From the NCBI GenBank assembly GCA_017476405.1, contig JAFUZX010000101.1, positions 11,840 to 75,839 of the forward strand: 64,000 bases of DNA, read 5' to 3'. Source of the DNA: Alphaproteobacteria bacterium (GTDB lineage: Bacteria > Pseudomonadota > Alphaproteobacteria > UBA3830). Position 1 is the first letter of the stretch; each line of letters begins with the position of its first letter. The position numbers and the translations under genes are program-made. Positions 42,817 through 51,541 of this stretch are shown one piece after another. Below the pieces are notes generated by a model. It saw nothing but the letters and a program-made list of their open reading frames with translations, ran no database searches and was not told the DNA's origin.

Positions 42817-45489
42817 ATGAATAAATTATTTGAAGCACTAAGAAATGCGGGAATTCCAGAACCGACAAAGGAAACAGAGACATTCAAAATCGTGAGATGG
42901 GGACATAAAAATCGTTACTGGCTACGAAAATTTGAGGGAGGTTACGTATTTGGGGACTTTGTTTCTGGCTTAAATTCCTATGTGTTTGAACAGGAATATA
43001 AAGGTGCAAAGCTTAAAGAAGTTCAAAAGAAAATGCATCAAGCATCAACAGCTTTAGAAGTTGAATTACAAAAAAGCTACGCAGAATGCTCTAAAATCGC
43101 GCAACGTATATGGGCTGCAGCAAATATTATTGAAACACAGGAATCCCGAACGGGTTCTACAGAACCACAAACGGGTTTTCAAAAAGCCCAAATGGGTTCC
43201 CAAAAACTCGAAACGGATTCTGAAGAAGCCTCTCGGGGTTTTCATCATTTTCCGCAAAATACTTCTAAAAATAGCTTGCATCCCTATTTATTGAGGAAAA
43301 AAGTAGATTTATATGGAGTTCGTGAATACAAAGGCAGTCTTGTCGTTCCGGCTTATGATCAAAACGGGAAACTGTGGACTTTGCAATTTATATCAGCAAG
43401 TGGAGAAAAACGTTTTCTTGCAGGCGGGCGCAAAAAGGGCTGTTTTTTCACCATTGGCTTGCTTGATAATGCAGACAAAATTTTCATTTGCGAAGGCTAC
43501 GCCACCGGAGCAACGATTTACGAGTGTTCAGATAAAAAACCTGTCGTTGTTGCTTTTGATGCCAGTGGCTTAAAATCTGTAAGCCAAATTATAAGCAAAA
43601 AAGTTCCGAGTGCGAAAATTATTATTTGTGCAGACAATGATTGTTATCACGAAAATAATTTAAATCCCGGAGTTGAAAAGGCTCGAGAAGCTGCACTCAG
43701 CATCGGTGCTCAAGTTGTAATTCCGAAATTTAAGGATTCGACTACGCATCCGACAGATTTCAACGACCTTTACATTCTCGAAGGGCGTGACGCTGTGCGC
43801 GCAATTCTTGAAAATGTAAATGAAAACGAATCAGATATTCCTTCCGGTTTTGTTTTATCCAACGAAGGACTGCTTTGCATCGATAAAAAAGGAAATCCTG
43901 TACAAATCTCGAATTACATAAAAGTAATTGCGTTTACGAGGAGCAGCGATGGCATTTCTAAATTGGTCGAATTTCGAGATTACAAAAATGACCTTAGACG
44001 TACAATCGTAAAGCCAAAAATGCTTTCGAAGGATGGAGATGCAATTCGTGTGCATCTTGTTAGCCATGGTTTTGTCTATTCCGGAACTGGGCTTTCAAAG
44101 CGGAAATTATTCGAATACATCTCAAGTTCTGTACCGAAAAAAGAAACAATTCTGATTTCTCGTACTGGCTATTTTGAAAACATGTACATCCGTTCAGATC
44201 GTGTAATCGGAAAAACAAACGATGGCGTCATTTTAGATGATTCCGTAAACGATGAATCAATCGCAATTGCCGGAACCTTGCAGGAGTGGAACGAGAATAT
44301 CGCAAAATACTGCGTTGGAAATTCGAGATTGAGTTTTGCGATCAGCGCAGCTTTCGCAAGCATCTTGATGAAATCGTGCGATTTACAAAATTTCGGCTTC
44401 CATTTCGTAGGCAACAGCTCTTCGGGAAAAACAACTTGTTTAAACGTTGCCGCATCTGTATTCGGAACACCGCAATATGTAGTCACTTGGAAGGCAACCG
44501 ACAATGCTCTTGAAAATGTTGCATACAAACATAACGATGCTCTTCTGATTCTTGATGAATTATCGGAAGTATCTCCATCAAAGGCCGGAGAAGTTGCCTA
44601 TATGCTTGCCAATGGTCAGGGGAAAAAGCGACTCGACAAAAATTGTGAAGCCCGCGAAACTCTTTCGTGGCGTTTAATTTTCTTATCCAGTGGGGAAGTC
44701 GATTTAACTTCACACATGGCAGAGGAAAATAAAACATCAAAAGCCGGGCAGAAAGTTCGCTTGCTGAATATTCCTGCAAAAGCCAATGAGAAAAGTTTCG
44801 GGATTTTTGAGGATTTGCATGATTTCAAAGATGGAGCGGAATTTTCGAATTATCTCAGATCGGCATCTGCAAAATATTATGGAACACCGGCTGTCGCATT
44901 TATAGAAAAAGTCCTTGAAGAAAAAGAAAGCATCCGAAGGCAATTTGATCAAGAATATCAGAAACTAAAAATGCAATACCTTCCGGAAAAATCGGAAGGG
45001 CAGGATCAGAGGGCTTTCGAACGGTTCATGTTTGCAGGGTTCGCTGGAGAGCTGGCGATAAAATATGGCGTCTTGAATTTTCCTCAGGGAACATTGCGAC
45101 GGGCGGCGATTTCCTGCTTCAATTCGTGGCTTGAAGACAAAGAAGGAGTCGGAGACGATGAAAATCGGCAAATTCTGGAGCACGTCAAAGGATTTTTCGA
45201 ACTTCATGGCCACAGTCGTTTTTTCGATTTAGGAGGATTTCCGGGCCAAAAAATCGCAAACATGGCTGGCTACAAATCTGTATATCAAGATGCCGTAATG
45301 TTTTACGTATCGCCATCGGTATTTCAGAACGAAATCTGCAAGCGTTTCAATCGGAAAACGGTGATTAATTTATTGATCGAAAAGGGATTTCTGCAAAAAG
45401 ATCATAACGGCGACTATCGCCAGCAAAAGTGGACTCCGTATGGAAACAAAAAAGTATATGTGATTTCGGGAAAAATTTTATTGGGATGA
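42817..45489 (+). CDS. Primase-helicase: Toprim domain plus DUF927-type P-loop helicase
   Basis: The Toprim motifs are IFICEGYATGATIYE and IIICADND. Walker A is VGNSSSGKTT, and Walker B is LLILDELS. Confidence 0.85.
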   Translation: MNKLFEALRNAGIPEPTKETETFKIVRWGHKNRYWLRKFEGGYVFGDFVSGLNSYVFEQEYKGAKLKEVQKKMHQASTALEVELQKSYAECSKIAQRIWAAANIIETQESRTGSTEPQTGFQKAQMGSQKLETDSEEASRGFHHFPQNTSKNSLHPYLLRKKVDLYGVREYKGSLVVPAYDQNGKLWTLQFISASGEKRFLAGGRKKGCFFTIGLLDNADKIFICEGYATGATIYECSDKKPVVVAFDASGLKSVSQIISKKVPSAKIIICADNDCYHENNLNPGVEKAREAALSIGAQVVIPKFKDSTTHPTDFNDLYILEGRDAVRAILENVNENESDIPSGFVLSNEGLLCIDKKGNPVQISNYIKVIAFTRSSDGISKLVEFRDYKNDLRRTIVKPKMLSKDGDAIRVHLVSHGFVYSGTGLSKRKLFEYISSSVPKKETILISRTGYFENMYIRSDRVIGKTNDGVILDDSVNDESIAIAGTLQEWNENIAKYCVGNSRLSFAISAAFASILMKSCDLQNFGFHFVGNSSSGKTTCLNVAASVFGTPQYVVTWKATDNALENVAYKHNDALLILDELSEVSPSKAGEVAYMLANGQGKKRLDKNCEARETLSWRLIFLSSGEVDLTSHMAEENKTSKAGQKVRLLNIPAKANEKSFGIFEDLHDFKDGAEFSNYLRSASAKYYGTPAVAFIEKVLEEKESIRRQFDQEYQKLKMQYLPEKSEGQDQRAFERFMFAGFAGELAIKYGVLNFPQGTLRRAAISCFNSWLEDKEGVGDDENRQILEHVKGFFELHGHSRFFDLGGFPGQKIANMAGYKSVYQDAVMFYVSPSVFQNEICKRFNRKTVINLLIEKGFLQKDHNGDYRQQKWTPYGNKKVYVISGKILLG
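43149..43253. repeat. Four to five 21-bp phased repeats (iteron candidates) inside the primase-helicase gene
   Basis: AACGGGTT at 43149 and 43170, AATGGGTT at 43191 and AACGGATT at 43212 are spaced exactly 21 bp apart. A shifted CGGGGTTTT occurs at 43234. Confidence 0.7.
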
Positions 45490-45495
45490 GGAGAA

Positions 45496-45732
45496 ATGAA
45501 AATGATCGATTTAGATAAATTAACCGAAGATTGGCCAAGTCCGTTTGTGGCAAGAACAGAAATAGAAAAATTTACAAAAGGCATGTACAAAAAATCCTCA
45601 ATGAATGTCTTCGACACAATGGGAAAGGGGATTAAAAGACGAATAAAAATCGGTGAAAAAGTCGGTTATTTAGCGTCAGATGTTGTAAGCTGGATAAAGG
45701 AGAAAAAAAATGGGAAAAACAGTGTTCGATAA
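45496..45732 (+). CDS. AlpA/excisionase-like small HTH protein
   Basis: 78 aa. The pattern (K.IKRRIKIGEKVGYLASDVVSWIKE) resembles AlpA-family regulators. Confidence 0.5.
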   Translation: MKMIDLDKLTEDWPSPFVARTEIEKFTKGMYKKSSMNVFDTMGKGIKRRIKIGEKVGYLASDVVSWIKEKKNGKNSVR

Positions 45733-45940
45733 ACTAAAAGAGTACAGCGGAGGAAAAAAGCTTGTAGATCGGAAGACATTGCAAGAGTTGACCGGCGGTC
45801 TGTTGACTGTCAGTCGCTTAATTAAGCTTGATTACACACAAACGGGCATCAAAAATGAGAAGATAGGCAGCAAGGTATACTATGATATAGGTGACATTAT
45901 AGAGTGGCTGGATGAAAACGCAGAATTACATGGCTTCTAA
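45710..45940 (+). CDS. Second AlpA/excisionase-like small HTH protein (paralogue)
   Basis: 76 aa. ...GIKNEKIGSKVYYDIGDIIEWLDE parallels the C-terminus of the preceding ORF. Confidence 0.45.
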   Translation: MGKTVFDKLKEYSGGKKLVDRKTLQELTGGLLTVSRLIKLDYTQTGIKNEKIGSKVYYDIGDIIEWLDENAELHGF

Positions 45941-46132
45941 AACTACATCGAATTCTTAAAATTATGGCGACAAAAATATCGGACCTAAATTTGTATCAAG
46001 CGGACACAGGAAAAATTCATACGTATCCAAAGAAAGATATAAACGGAAAATTTGTACCTATGTTGTACCAACTTTCATTACATCCGCCTGATTTTAGACG
46101 TACCTTTTTCTGAAAAATGCTCAAAAACTACC

Positions 46133-46209
46133 TGGTTGCGGGGGGAGGATTTGAACCTCCGACCTTCAGGTTATGAGCCTAACGAGCTACCAGACTGCTC
46201 TACCCCGCG
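46133..46209 (-). tRNA. Initiator tRNA-fMet (anticodon CAT)
   Basis: The minus strand reads CGCGGGGTAGAGCAGTCTGGTAGCTCGTTAGGCTCATAACCTGAAGGTCGGAGGTTCAAATCCTCCCCCGCAACCA. It has the C1-A72 mismatch, a CTCATAA anticodon loop, a T-loop GGTTCAAATCC and an encoded CCA. It is near-identical in layout to E. coli tRNA-fMet. Confidence 0.92.
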
Positions 46210-46356
46210 AAATTGGTAATAATATAGCACAGATATAAAAGTTATTCAAGATAGATATTATCATGATGATTTTTTGGCATATTTAACTTTTTTTTAATTT
46301 TTATAATGTTTAATATATCATATATATTGGTATTGTTTTTAAAGATAGGATAGCAA

Positions 46357-46833
46357 ATGAAAAAAATATTAATTTTATCAGTTGTTGCGCTTGAGTTATT
46401 ATCGTTGGGAGGATGCGCAAGAAATATATCTTCTTCATCTTATGATGCAAGAAAGATTGGAGCCGCATCACAAACATTTGAATGTGTAGTTGTTAGCGTT
46501 AGAAAAGTTGCTGTAGAAGAAGGTGATTATCTTGAAGATAACAAAGTCGGCGCTCTTATGGGAGGCGCAGCCGGCGGAGTGCTCGGAAATATGATCGGAG
46601 GCGGACGTGGAAGAACTGCTGCAACTGTTGTAGGAGCATTAGCTGGAGCTGCCGGTGGAGCTATGGCTGAGAAGCACTTAAAATCACAAAATGGTTTGGA
46701 ATATACGGTAAAGCTGAAGTCCGGTGAAATGCGCACAGTTGTGCAAGGGCTTGATAATCCGTTGTATCAAGGTCAATCAGCTTTGTTGATTATTGATAAT
46801 AATCGTGCAAGAGTAGTTCCGAAAAATTATTAA
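46357..46833 (+). CDS. Outer-membrane lipoprotein, glycine-zipper / 17-kDa surface antigen family
   Basis: It has a signal peptide with the lipobox LSLGGC. The glycine zipper is GALMGGAAGGVLGNMIGGGRGRTAATVVGALAGAAGGAMA. Confidence 0.8.
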   Translation: MKKILILSVVALELLSLGGCARNISSSSYDARKIGAASQTFECVVVSVRKVAVEEGDYLEDNKVGALMGGAAGGVLGNMIGGGRGRTAATVVGALAGAAGGAMAEKHLKSQNGLEYTVKLKSGEMRTVVQGLDNPLYQGQSALLIIDNNRARVVPKNY

Positions 46834-46900
46834 TATTATTGGAAATAATCAGAGGAAAATATGAAGTTGTGTTCTATTTTTTCTCTGATTTTTTTAAGTA

Positions 46901-47821
46901 ATGGCTGTTTTTTTATCTTCTGAAAAGATTAGTGAAGTCGCAGAGCTTCTTGCTAAAGATGAGTTGGTTGCGTTTCCGACAGAAACTGTTTACGGATTAG
47001 GTGGAAATGCATATTCTGATAATGCCGTTGCTAAAATTTTTGCTTGTAAACATCGTTCTGAATTTAATCCGCTAAGCGTATGTTACAGCAGTTTTGAAAA
47101 AGCATCAGCAGATGTCATAATCACAAAGTACGCATCAATAATTGCCGAAAAATTTTTACCGGGTTCAATTACTTTGCTACTGAAACGAAAGAAAAATTCC
47201 AGATTATCAATGCTTTGCTCCGCCGGATTAGATACAATCGGAATAAGAATCCCGTCAAACGAAATCGCATTATCCATTTTATCTAAACTGGCATTCCCTT
47301 TAGCGGCACCAAGCGCAAATAGTTCAGGACAACTCAGTCATACGACAGCAAAAGAAGTTGCGGAAGATTTGAAAAATATAACCATACTTGATGGAGGTAA
47401 ATGTAATATCGGTATCGAATCAACAATAATAGATTGCTCAGGAGAAAAACTCGTCATAACAAGGCAAGGAGTAATATCAACTGAAGAAATTATAGAAAAA
47501 TGCGGAATAAATCGAGAATTAATTCTTTTTTCAGAAAAACCGAAAAAGTTCTCATTTACCAAAAAAATACTGTTAAACACGCAATCATCTGAAATAGTAG
47601 GTAAAAATGATGCACTATTGGCTTTTGGCCCCTCTCTCTCAGTAAATTGCAAATATGTATTAAATTTAAGCCCAAGTAAAAATCTAAATGAAGCGACCGC
47701 AAATTTCTTTTCTATGCTAAAAACCCTAGAAAATAGTGATGTGGAAAAAATTTGTGTTATGCCGATCCCAAATATATCTCTGGGACAAGCAATAAACAAA
47801 AGATTAAAATCACTATTGTAA
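46901..47821 (+). CDS. tsaC: L-threonylcarbamoyladenylate synthase (Sua5/YwlC type: YrdC plus Sua5 domains)
   Basis: The motifs FPTETVYGLGGNA, ...KHRSEFNPLSV and PSANSSG are present. The 306-aa length implies the extra Sua5 C-terminal domain. Confidence 0.85.
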   Translation: MAVFLSSEKISEVAELLAKDELVAFPTETVYGLGGNAYSDNAVAKIFACKHRSEFNPLSVCYSSFEKASADVIITKYASIIAEKFLPGSITLLLKRKKNSRLSMLCSAGLDTIGIRIPSNEIALSILSKLAFPLAAPSANSSGQLSHTTAKEVAEDLKNITILDGGKCNIGIESTIIDCSGEKLVITRQGVISTEEIIEKCGINRELILFSEKPKKFSFTKKILLNTQSSEIVGKNDALLAFGPSLSVNCKYVLNLSPSKNLNEATANFFSMLKTLENSDVEKICVMPIPNISLGQAINKRLKSLL

Positions 47822-47899
47822 ATTTATGAAACATTGAAATGTTTAATTGTTAATTAAATAACCAAAACAATTTGAAAAAACTCAAACTTTCTTACTTAA

Positions 47900-47927
47900 T
47901 TTACTTTTTTTTTATTTGTGATAAAAT
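47900..47927 (+). promoter_or_regulatory. Candidate sigma-70 promoter for rpmG (TTTACT-N16-TGaTAAAAT, extended -10)
   Basis: Read from the sequence, about 30 nt upstream of the rpmG ATG. Not experimentally supported. Confidence 0.3.
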
Positions 47928-47957
47928 ACGGTGTTTTCATGAAAATGGAGTTTAGAT

Positions 47958-48125
47958 ATGGCTAAATCCGCCACTATGACTGTAAAAATGGTTAGTACTG
48001 CTGATACTGGTTTTTTCTATGTAAAGAAAAGAAATCCAAGAAAGCAACCGGAAAAAATGGAAATGAGAAAATATGATCCTGTTGTGAGAAAGCATGTGCA
48101 GTTTAAAGAAGCAAAAATTAAGTAA
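47958..48125 (+). CDS. rpmG: 50S ribosomal protein L33
   Basis: Own translation: [55 protein letters not shown] (55 aa), the typical L33 sequence. Below the ORF-track cutoff. Confidence 0.85.
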   Translation: MAKSATMTVKMVSTADTGFFYVKKRNPRKQPEKMEMRKYDPVVRKHVQFKEAKIK

Positions 48126-48188
48126 TTGATAGATATATTATTTAAATATTTTTCGCTTATCATTCAGATTTTATTGTATTATTAATTC

Positions 48189-48225
48189 AGCATCGGTGTT
48201 TTTTGGTATCGATGCTCGTTTTTTT
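48189..48225 (+). terminator. Rho-independent terminator after rpmG
   Basis: A 7-bp stem AGCATCG/CGATGCT is followed by CG and a T7 run. Confidence 0.5.
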
Positions 48226-48258
48226 GTTGTTTATTTAATTCTGTACTGAGGAGAAAGA

Positions 48259-49494
48259 ATGCCTCTTGTGATATTGCTGAAAAAATGCATTATCGGATAC
48301 TCATATGGCGTTTCGTTTCCTATCACAATAGTTATACTTGATTACTGGCTTAAAGAATGCGGAGTAACAAACAGTACAATAGGATTGTTTTCGTTATTTC
48401 ATCTGCCATTTGCTTTAAAATTGTTATTCGCTCCGATAATAGACAGATATAAAATTCCATATTTATCAAAGAAAATCGGACATCGATGCAGTTGGGTACT
48501 AGTTAGTCAATGCGCTCTGATTACAGGTATAATGTGTATGGCACAATCCGATCCGAAAAGCAACATTTTGCAACTTATGTGCTTCGCATCAATAACAGCT
48601 CTTGCGGATGGTTTTCAAAACATAGCCTTATATCCATATCAAATTTCAGATATTACCAAAGAACAATTTGGATATACCGCCGGGATTGTAAGCTTCGGCC
48701 ATAGAATCGGATCAATATCTATAAAAGTCGCAACTTTATATTGTGCGCATTTTTGGGGATGGAAAATTGCGTATGAGTGCGCAGCTTGCATGGTTTTATG
48801 CTGTATGATTTCAATATTTTTTATGAAAGAGCCTGTTATAACAGACGATTTTAAAGAATCAAATAAAAAAAATATTCATGCGCTATCTTCCCATATAAAA
48901 GAAATATTAAAAGAAATAAAACATGTAGCTAACAAACGATATATTATGTTGACTCTTATTTTGTATAAGGCTACTGACTTTACAATTCAGAAAATGTCGA
49001 GAGTCTTTTGTCTTGATATAGGCTTCTCGAAACTAGAAATAGCCAACATTGTGCAGTTTTTTGGATCAATAGCTGTTGTAGCTGGAGGTTTTCTTGCTGG
49101 ATTTTTTATAAAAAAGTACGGAACTTTATATTCAATGATGATTATCAGCATGATGCATATGTGCTTTCTGTTTTCATATATTATTCTAAATTACGTAGGA
49201 AATGATACAAATATTTTATGTGCCATTATTTTTCTCGAAGGAGTATCGGGAGGCGCAGTGTCTGCCGCATTTATAGCTTTTCTGTATGAGAATTGCCGCA
49301 ATGGATCTCAATACGCTTTATTGTGGGCAATTCATGAACTAAGCGGAACAGTATTTAGATTTTTATCTGGTTTTTTAGCAGATCAATTCAGTTGGAACAC
49401 CTTTTTCATATTAACCCCGCTATTGTCTGTTCCCGGAATTTTACTGTTACGTAAAATGATTAAGATAAAGAATGAGTTAAACACAAATCTTTAA
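48259..49494 (+). CDS. ampG: AmpG-family MFS muropeptide permease
   Basis: 411 aa with multiple transmembrane segments. IGLFSLFHLPFALKLLFAPIIDRYKIPYLSKKIGHRCSWVLVSQ matches the conserved AmpG loop. Confidence 0.7.
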   Translation: MPLVILLKKCIIGYSYGVSFPITIVILDYWLKECGVTNSTIGLFSLFHLPFALKLLFAPIIDRYKIPYLSKKIGHRCSWVLVSQCALITGIMCMAQSDPKSNILQLMCFASITALADGFQNIALYPYQISDITKEQFGYTAGIVSFGHRIGSISIKVATLYCAHFWGWKIAYECAACMVLCCMISIFFMKEPVITDDFKESNKKNIHALSSHIKEILKEIKHVANKRYIMLTLILYKATDFTIQKMSRVFCLDIGFSKLEIANIVQFFGSIAVVAGGFLAGFFIKKYGTLYSMMIISMMHMCFLFSYIILNYVGNDTNILCAIIFLEGVSGGAVSAAFIAFLYENCRNGSQYALLWAIHELSGTVFRFLSGFLADQFSWNTFFILTPLLSVPGILLLRKMIKIKNELNTNL

Positions 49495-50128
49495 GTATAC
49501 AAGTCTCGCATTGAGGTTTTTGCGCTTTGCACGTATATCTGCCATGTAATATCAGTAAATTACTTATGTCATTTTTATAAGCATCTGGAATAATAAATTC
49601 CAAATCAGCTTCAACTTCTTCCGGATTCGAGCTTTCAGAAAATCCAAGCCTTTTACTTAGACGTAGCACATGTGTATCTACAGCGATTGTCGGTTTATTG
49701 AATAATGTATTAAGGATTACATTAGCTGTTTTTCGTCCGACACCGGGCAAACTTTCTAAATCTGCTCTGTTATTAGGCACTTTACCGTTATATTTTTCTT
49801 TTAATATCTTACTTAACTCTATAATATGTTTAGCTTTGTTTTTATAAAAACCTATTGATTTTATTTTTTCTTGAAGTTCAGCTTGCCCAAGGTTTAATAT
49901 ATCATCAATTGTTGAATAGGTCTTAAACAATTCTTTTGTAACTTTATTAACTTGTACATCAGTAGTTTGCGCTGACATAACAACGGCTAACAAAAATGTA
50001 TAATCAGAATCGTAATGAAGCTCACTTTTAGGATTTGGCGTTTTTTCAGATAATCTTTTACAAATTTCCGCCGCAATTTTTTTATTTTGAAATATTTCAG
50101 TATTTATTTCTTCATTTCGATTCTTCAT
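49460..50128 (-). CDS. nth: Endonuclease III
   Basis: The HhH-GPD motif is LPGVGRKTANVILN...VDTHV. The C-terminal 4Fe-4S loop is CKAQKPQCETCILKDLC. I prefer the internal ATG at 50128, 5 nt after the dapB stop. Confidence 0.85.
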   Translation of the reverse strand: MKNRNEEINTEIFQNKKIAAEICKRLSEKTPNPKSELHYDSDYTFLLAVVMSAQTTDVQVNKVTKELFKTYSTIDDILNLGQAELQEKIKSIGFYKNKAKHIIELSKILKEKYNGKVPNNRADLESLPGVGRKTANVILNTLFNKPTIAVDTHVLRLSKRLGFSESSNPEEVEADLEFIIPDAYKNDISNLLILHGRYTCKAQKPQCETCILKDLCLTHSLS

Positions 50129-50132
50129 ATTA

Positions 50133-50804
50133 TTAACATTCTTTACCAATGAAATCCTCCATTGAATATATTCCTGCTTTTTTTCCAATAATCCATTTTG
50201 CGCAGGCAATTGCGCCTTTCGCAAATACAGTTCTTCCAAAAGATCTATGTGAAATAGTTAACATATCATCATCCCCACAGAAATCACATACCATCTCAGC
50301 GGGAATATTTCCAGAACGCACAGATAACATTTGCGCTTTTCTATTAAGCTGTTTTGATAAGAAAATGCTTGTTCCGGACGGTGCATCCTTTTTACTTTTA
50401 TGATGCTTATCAATAATAGTGATATCGTAATCTCGCAAAATAATTTCGCATTGCTTGAGTAATTTTGCCATAAGATGCACTGCTATACTAAAATTTGATG
50501 CATATATAATCGGTATTTTTTTTGAAAATTCATTTAATTTCTGAAAATCAACTTCCGATAATCCCGTTGTTCCGCATACGAAAGGTAATTCGAACTTTTG
50601 AGCCACCTCAACCGCTCGCATAGAAGAAATCGGAAGTGAAAAATCTATCAGAACATCGCTATTTCTGGCTACATTTTCCAAATCCGCATCAGTAGACTTA
50701 CTTGAAATTCCACCAGCAAGCTCCAACTGATCATCATTTTCCACAATCTGGGCTACAATAGTTCCAACTTTACCGGTTATTCCAACAATTCCTATTTTTA
50801 TCAT
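50133..50804 (-). CDS. dapB: 4-hydroxy-tetrahydrodipicolinate reductase
   Basis: The N-terminus MIKIGIVGITGKVG is a Rossmann motif. HHKSKKDAPSGT is the signature. The start is set at the ATG at 50804. Confidence 0.8.
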   Translation of the reverse strand: MIKIGIVGITGKVGTIVAQIVENDDQLELAGGISSKSTDADLENVARNSDVLIDFSLPISSMRAVEVAQKFELPFVCGTTGLSEVDFQKLNEFSKKIPIIYASNFSIAVHLMAKLLKQCEIILRDYDITIIDKHHKSKKDAPSGTSIFLSKQLNRKAQMLSVRSGNIPAEMVCDFCGDDDMLTISHRSFGRTVFAKGAIACAKWIIGKKAGIYSMEDFIGKEC

Positions 50805-50840
50805 ATGAAAACACCCCATTATAGTAAGGATTAACAAAAA

Positions 50841-51383
50841 TCAGCTACTTTTCGGACAAGCTGGATACGGCTTTCTCTTATACTTCAAAGCAGCAATTCT
50901 ACTTTCCTTAGGTAAGCATGTAACTCGTACTTTTGTATAACCTTTTCTTCGAAATCCAAGAATTTCCGCAGCTTTTTGCGTAACATCTATTATTCTTGTA
51001 TTTATTTTTGCAAAAGGTCCTCGATCATTTACAAGAAGCTTAACTTTTTTACCATTTGATAAATTTTCAACAAGAACGACACAAGGAAGCGGAAGAGTTC
51101 TGTGCGCTGCAGTCATTGCATTTTTATTAAAGATACGCCCTGTCGCCGTTGATAATCCATGGCAATCATACCCATACCAACTTGCATAACCGATTTTGTC
51201 ATATTTATAGTGTACTTGCGGATAATACCTTACACCATGTATAACATACGGACGTTCATTTGGAGAATGCCAGTATTTTCCTCTTGATATATCACTTTGT
51301 GTTGCGCAACCGCTTAGTAACAATAATACCGATGTAGTATAATACAATAACTTTTCGGAATGTTGAATTTTGCCTAGAATCAT
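50841..51383 (-). CDS. rlpA: Septal ring lytic transglycosylase RlpA-family lipoprotein (DPBB domain)
   Basis: The lipobox is LLLSGC. GYASWYGYDCHGLSTATGRIFNKNAMTAAHRTLPLPCVVLVENLSNGKKVKLLVNDRGPF is the RlpA core. Confidence 0.75.
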   Translation of the reverse strand: MILGKIQHSEKLLYYTTSVLLLLSGCATQSDISRGKYWHSPNERPYVIHGVRYYPQVHYKYDKIGYASWYGYDCHGLSTATGRIFNKNAMTAAHRTLPLPCVVLVENLSNGKKVKLLVNDRGPFAKINTRIIDVTQKAAEILGFRRKGYTKVRVTCLPKESRIAALKYKRKPYPACPKSS

Positions 51384-51541
51384 CAGTTGCTCTAACCAAT
51401 AAAATTAAATAATTTATAATCCAAAAAGTTGCAATTTTCCAGAAAATATTGTGTTCTATTACAAAATTTATAGATATTGTATACTTTCTTATAAGAAAAT
51501 ATATTGCTATTATTCTTATGTAATACTTAGGAGCCTTTAAA

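Larger units (their letters stand above)
5761..45940. mobile_element. Prophage, about 40 kb: lambda-like head module plus P2-like contractile tail, with a divergent replication/recombination arm; boundaries approximate
   Basis: Contiguous phage structural genes on the minus strand (38188 down to 5761) and early genes on the plus strand (38356-45940). The right end abuts tRNA-fMet (46133-46209). No integrase or att repeat was found, so the ends are set by gene content only. Confidence 0.85.

Noticed and set aside
42377-42820. 147-aa ORF spanning the AT-rich spacer before the primase gene.
   Set aside because: Its translation is dominated by Tyr/Ile/Asn/Leu from TA-rich repeats. It overlaps the end of the nuclease gene and has no RBS. 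It is more likely non-coding.
45964-46113. 49-aa ORF (MATKISDLNLYQADTGKIHTYPKK...) between the prophage and the tRNA, considered as an integrase N-terminal remnant.
   Set aside because: Its resemblance to P4-type integrase N-termini is vague. It is too short and has no catalytic region, so it is not reported as a feature.
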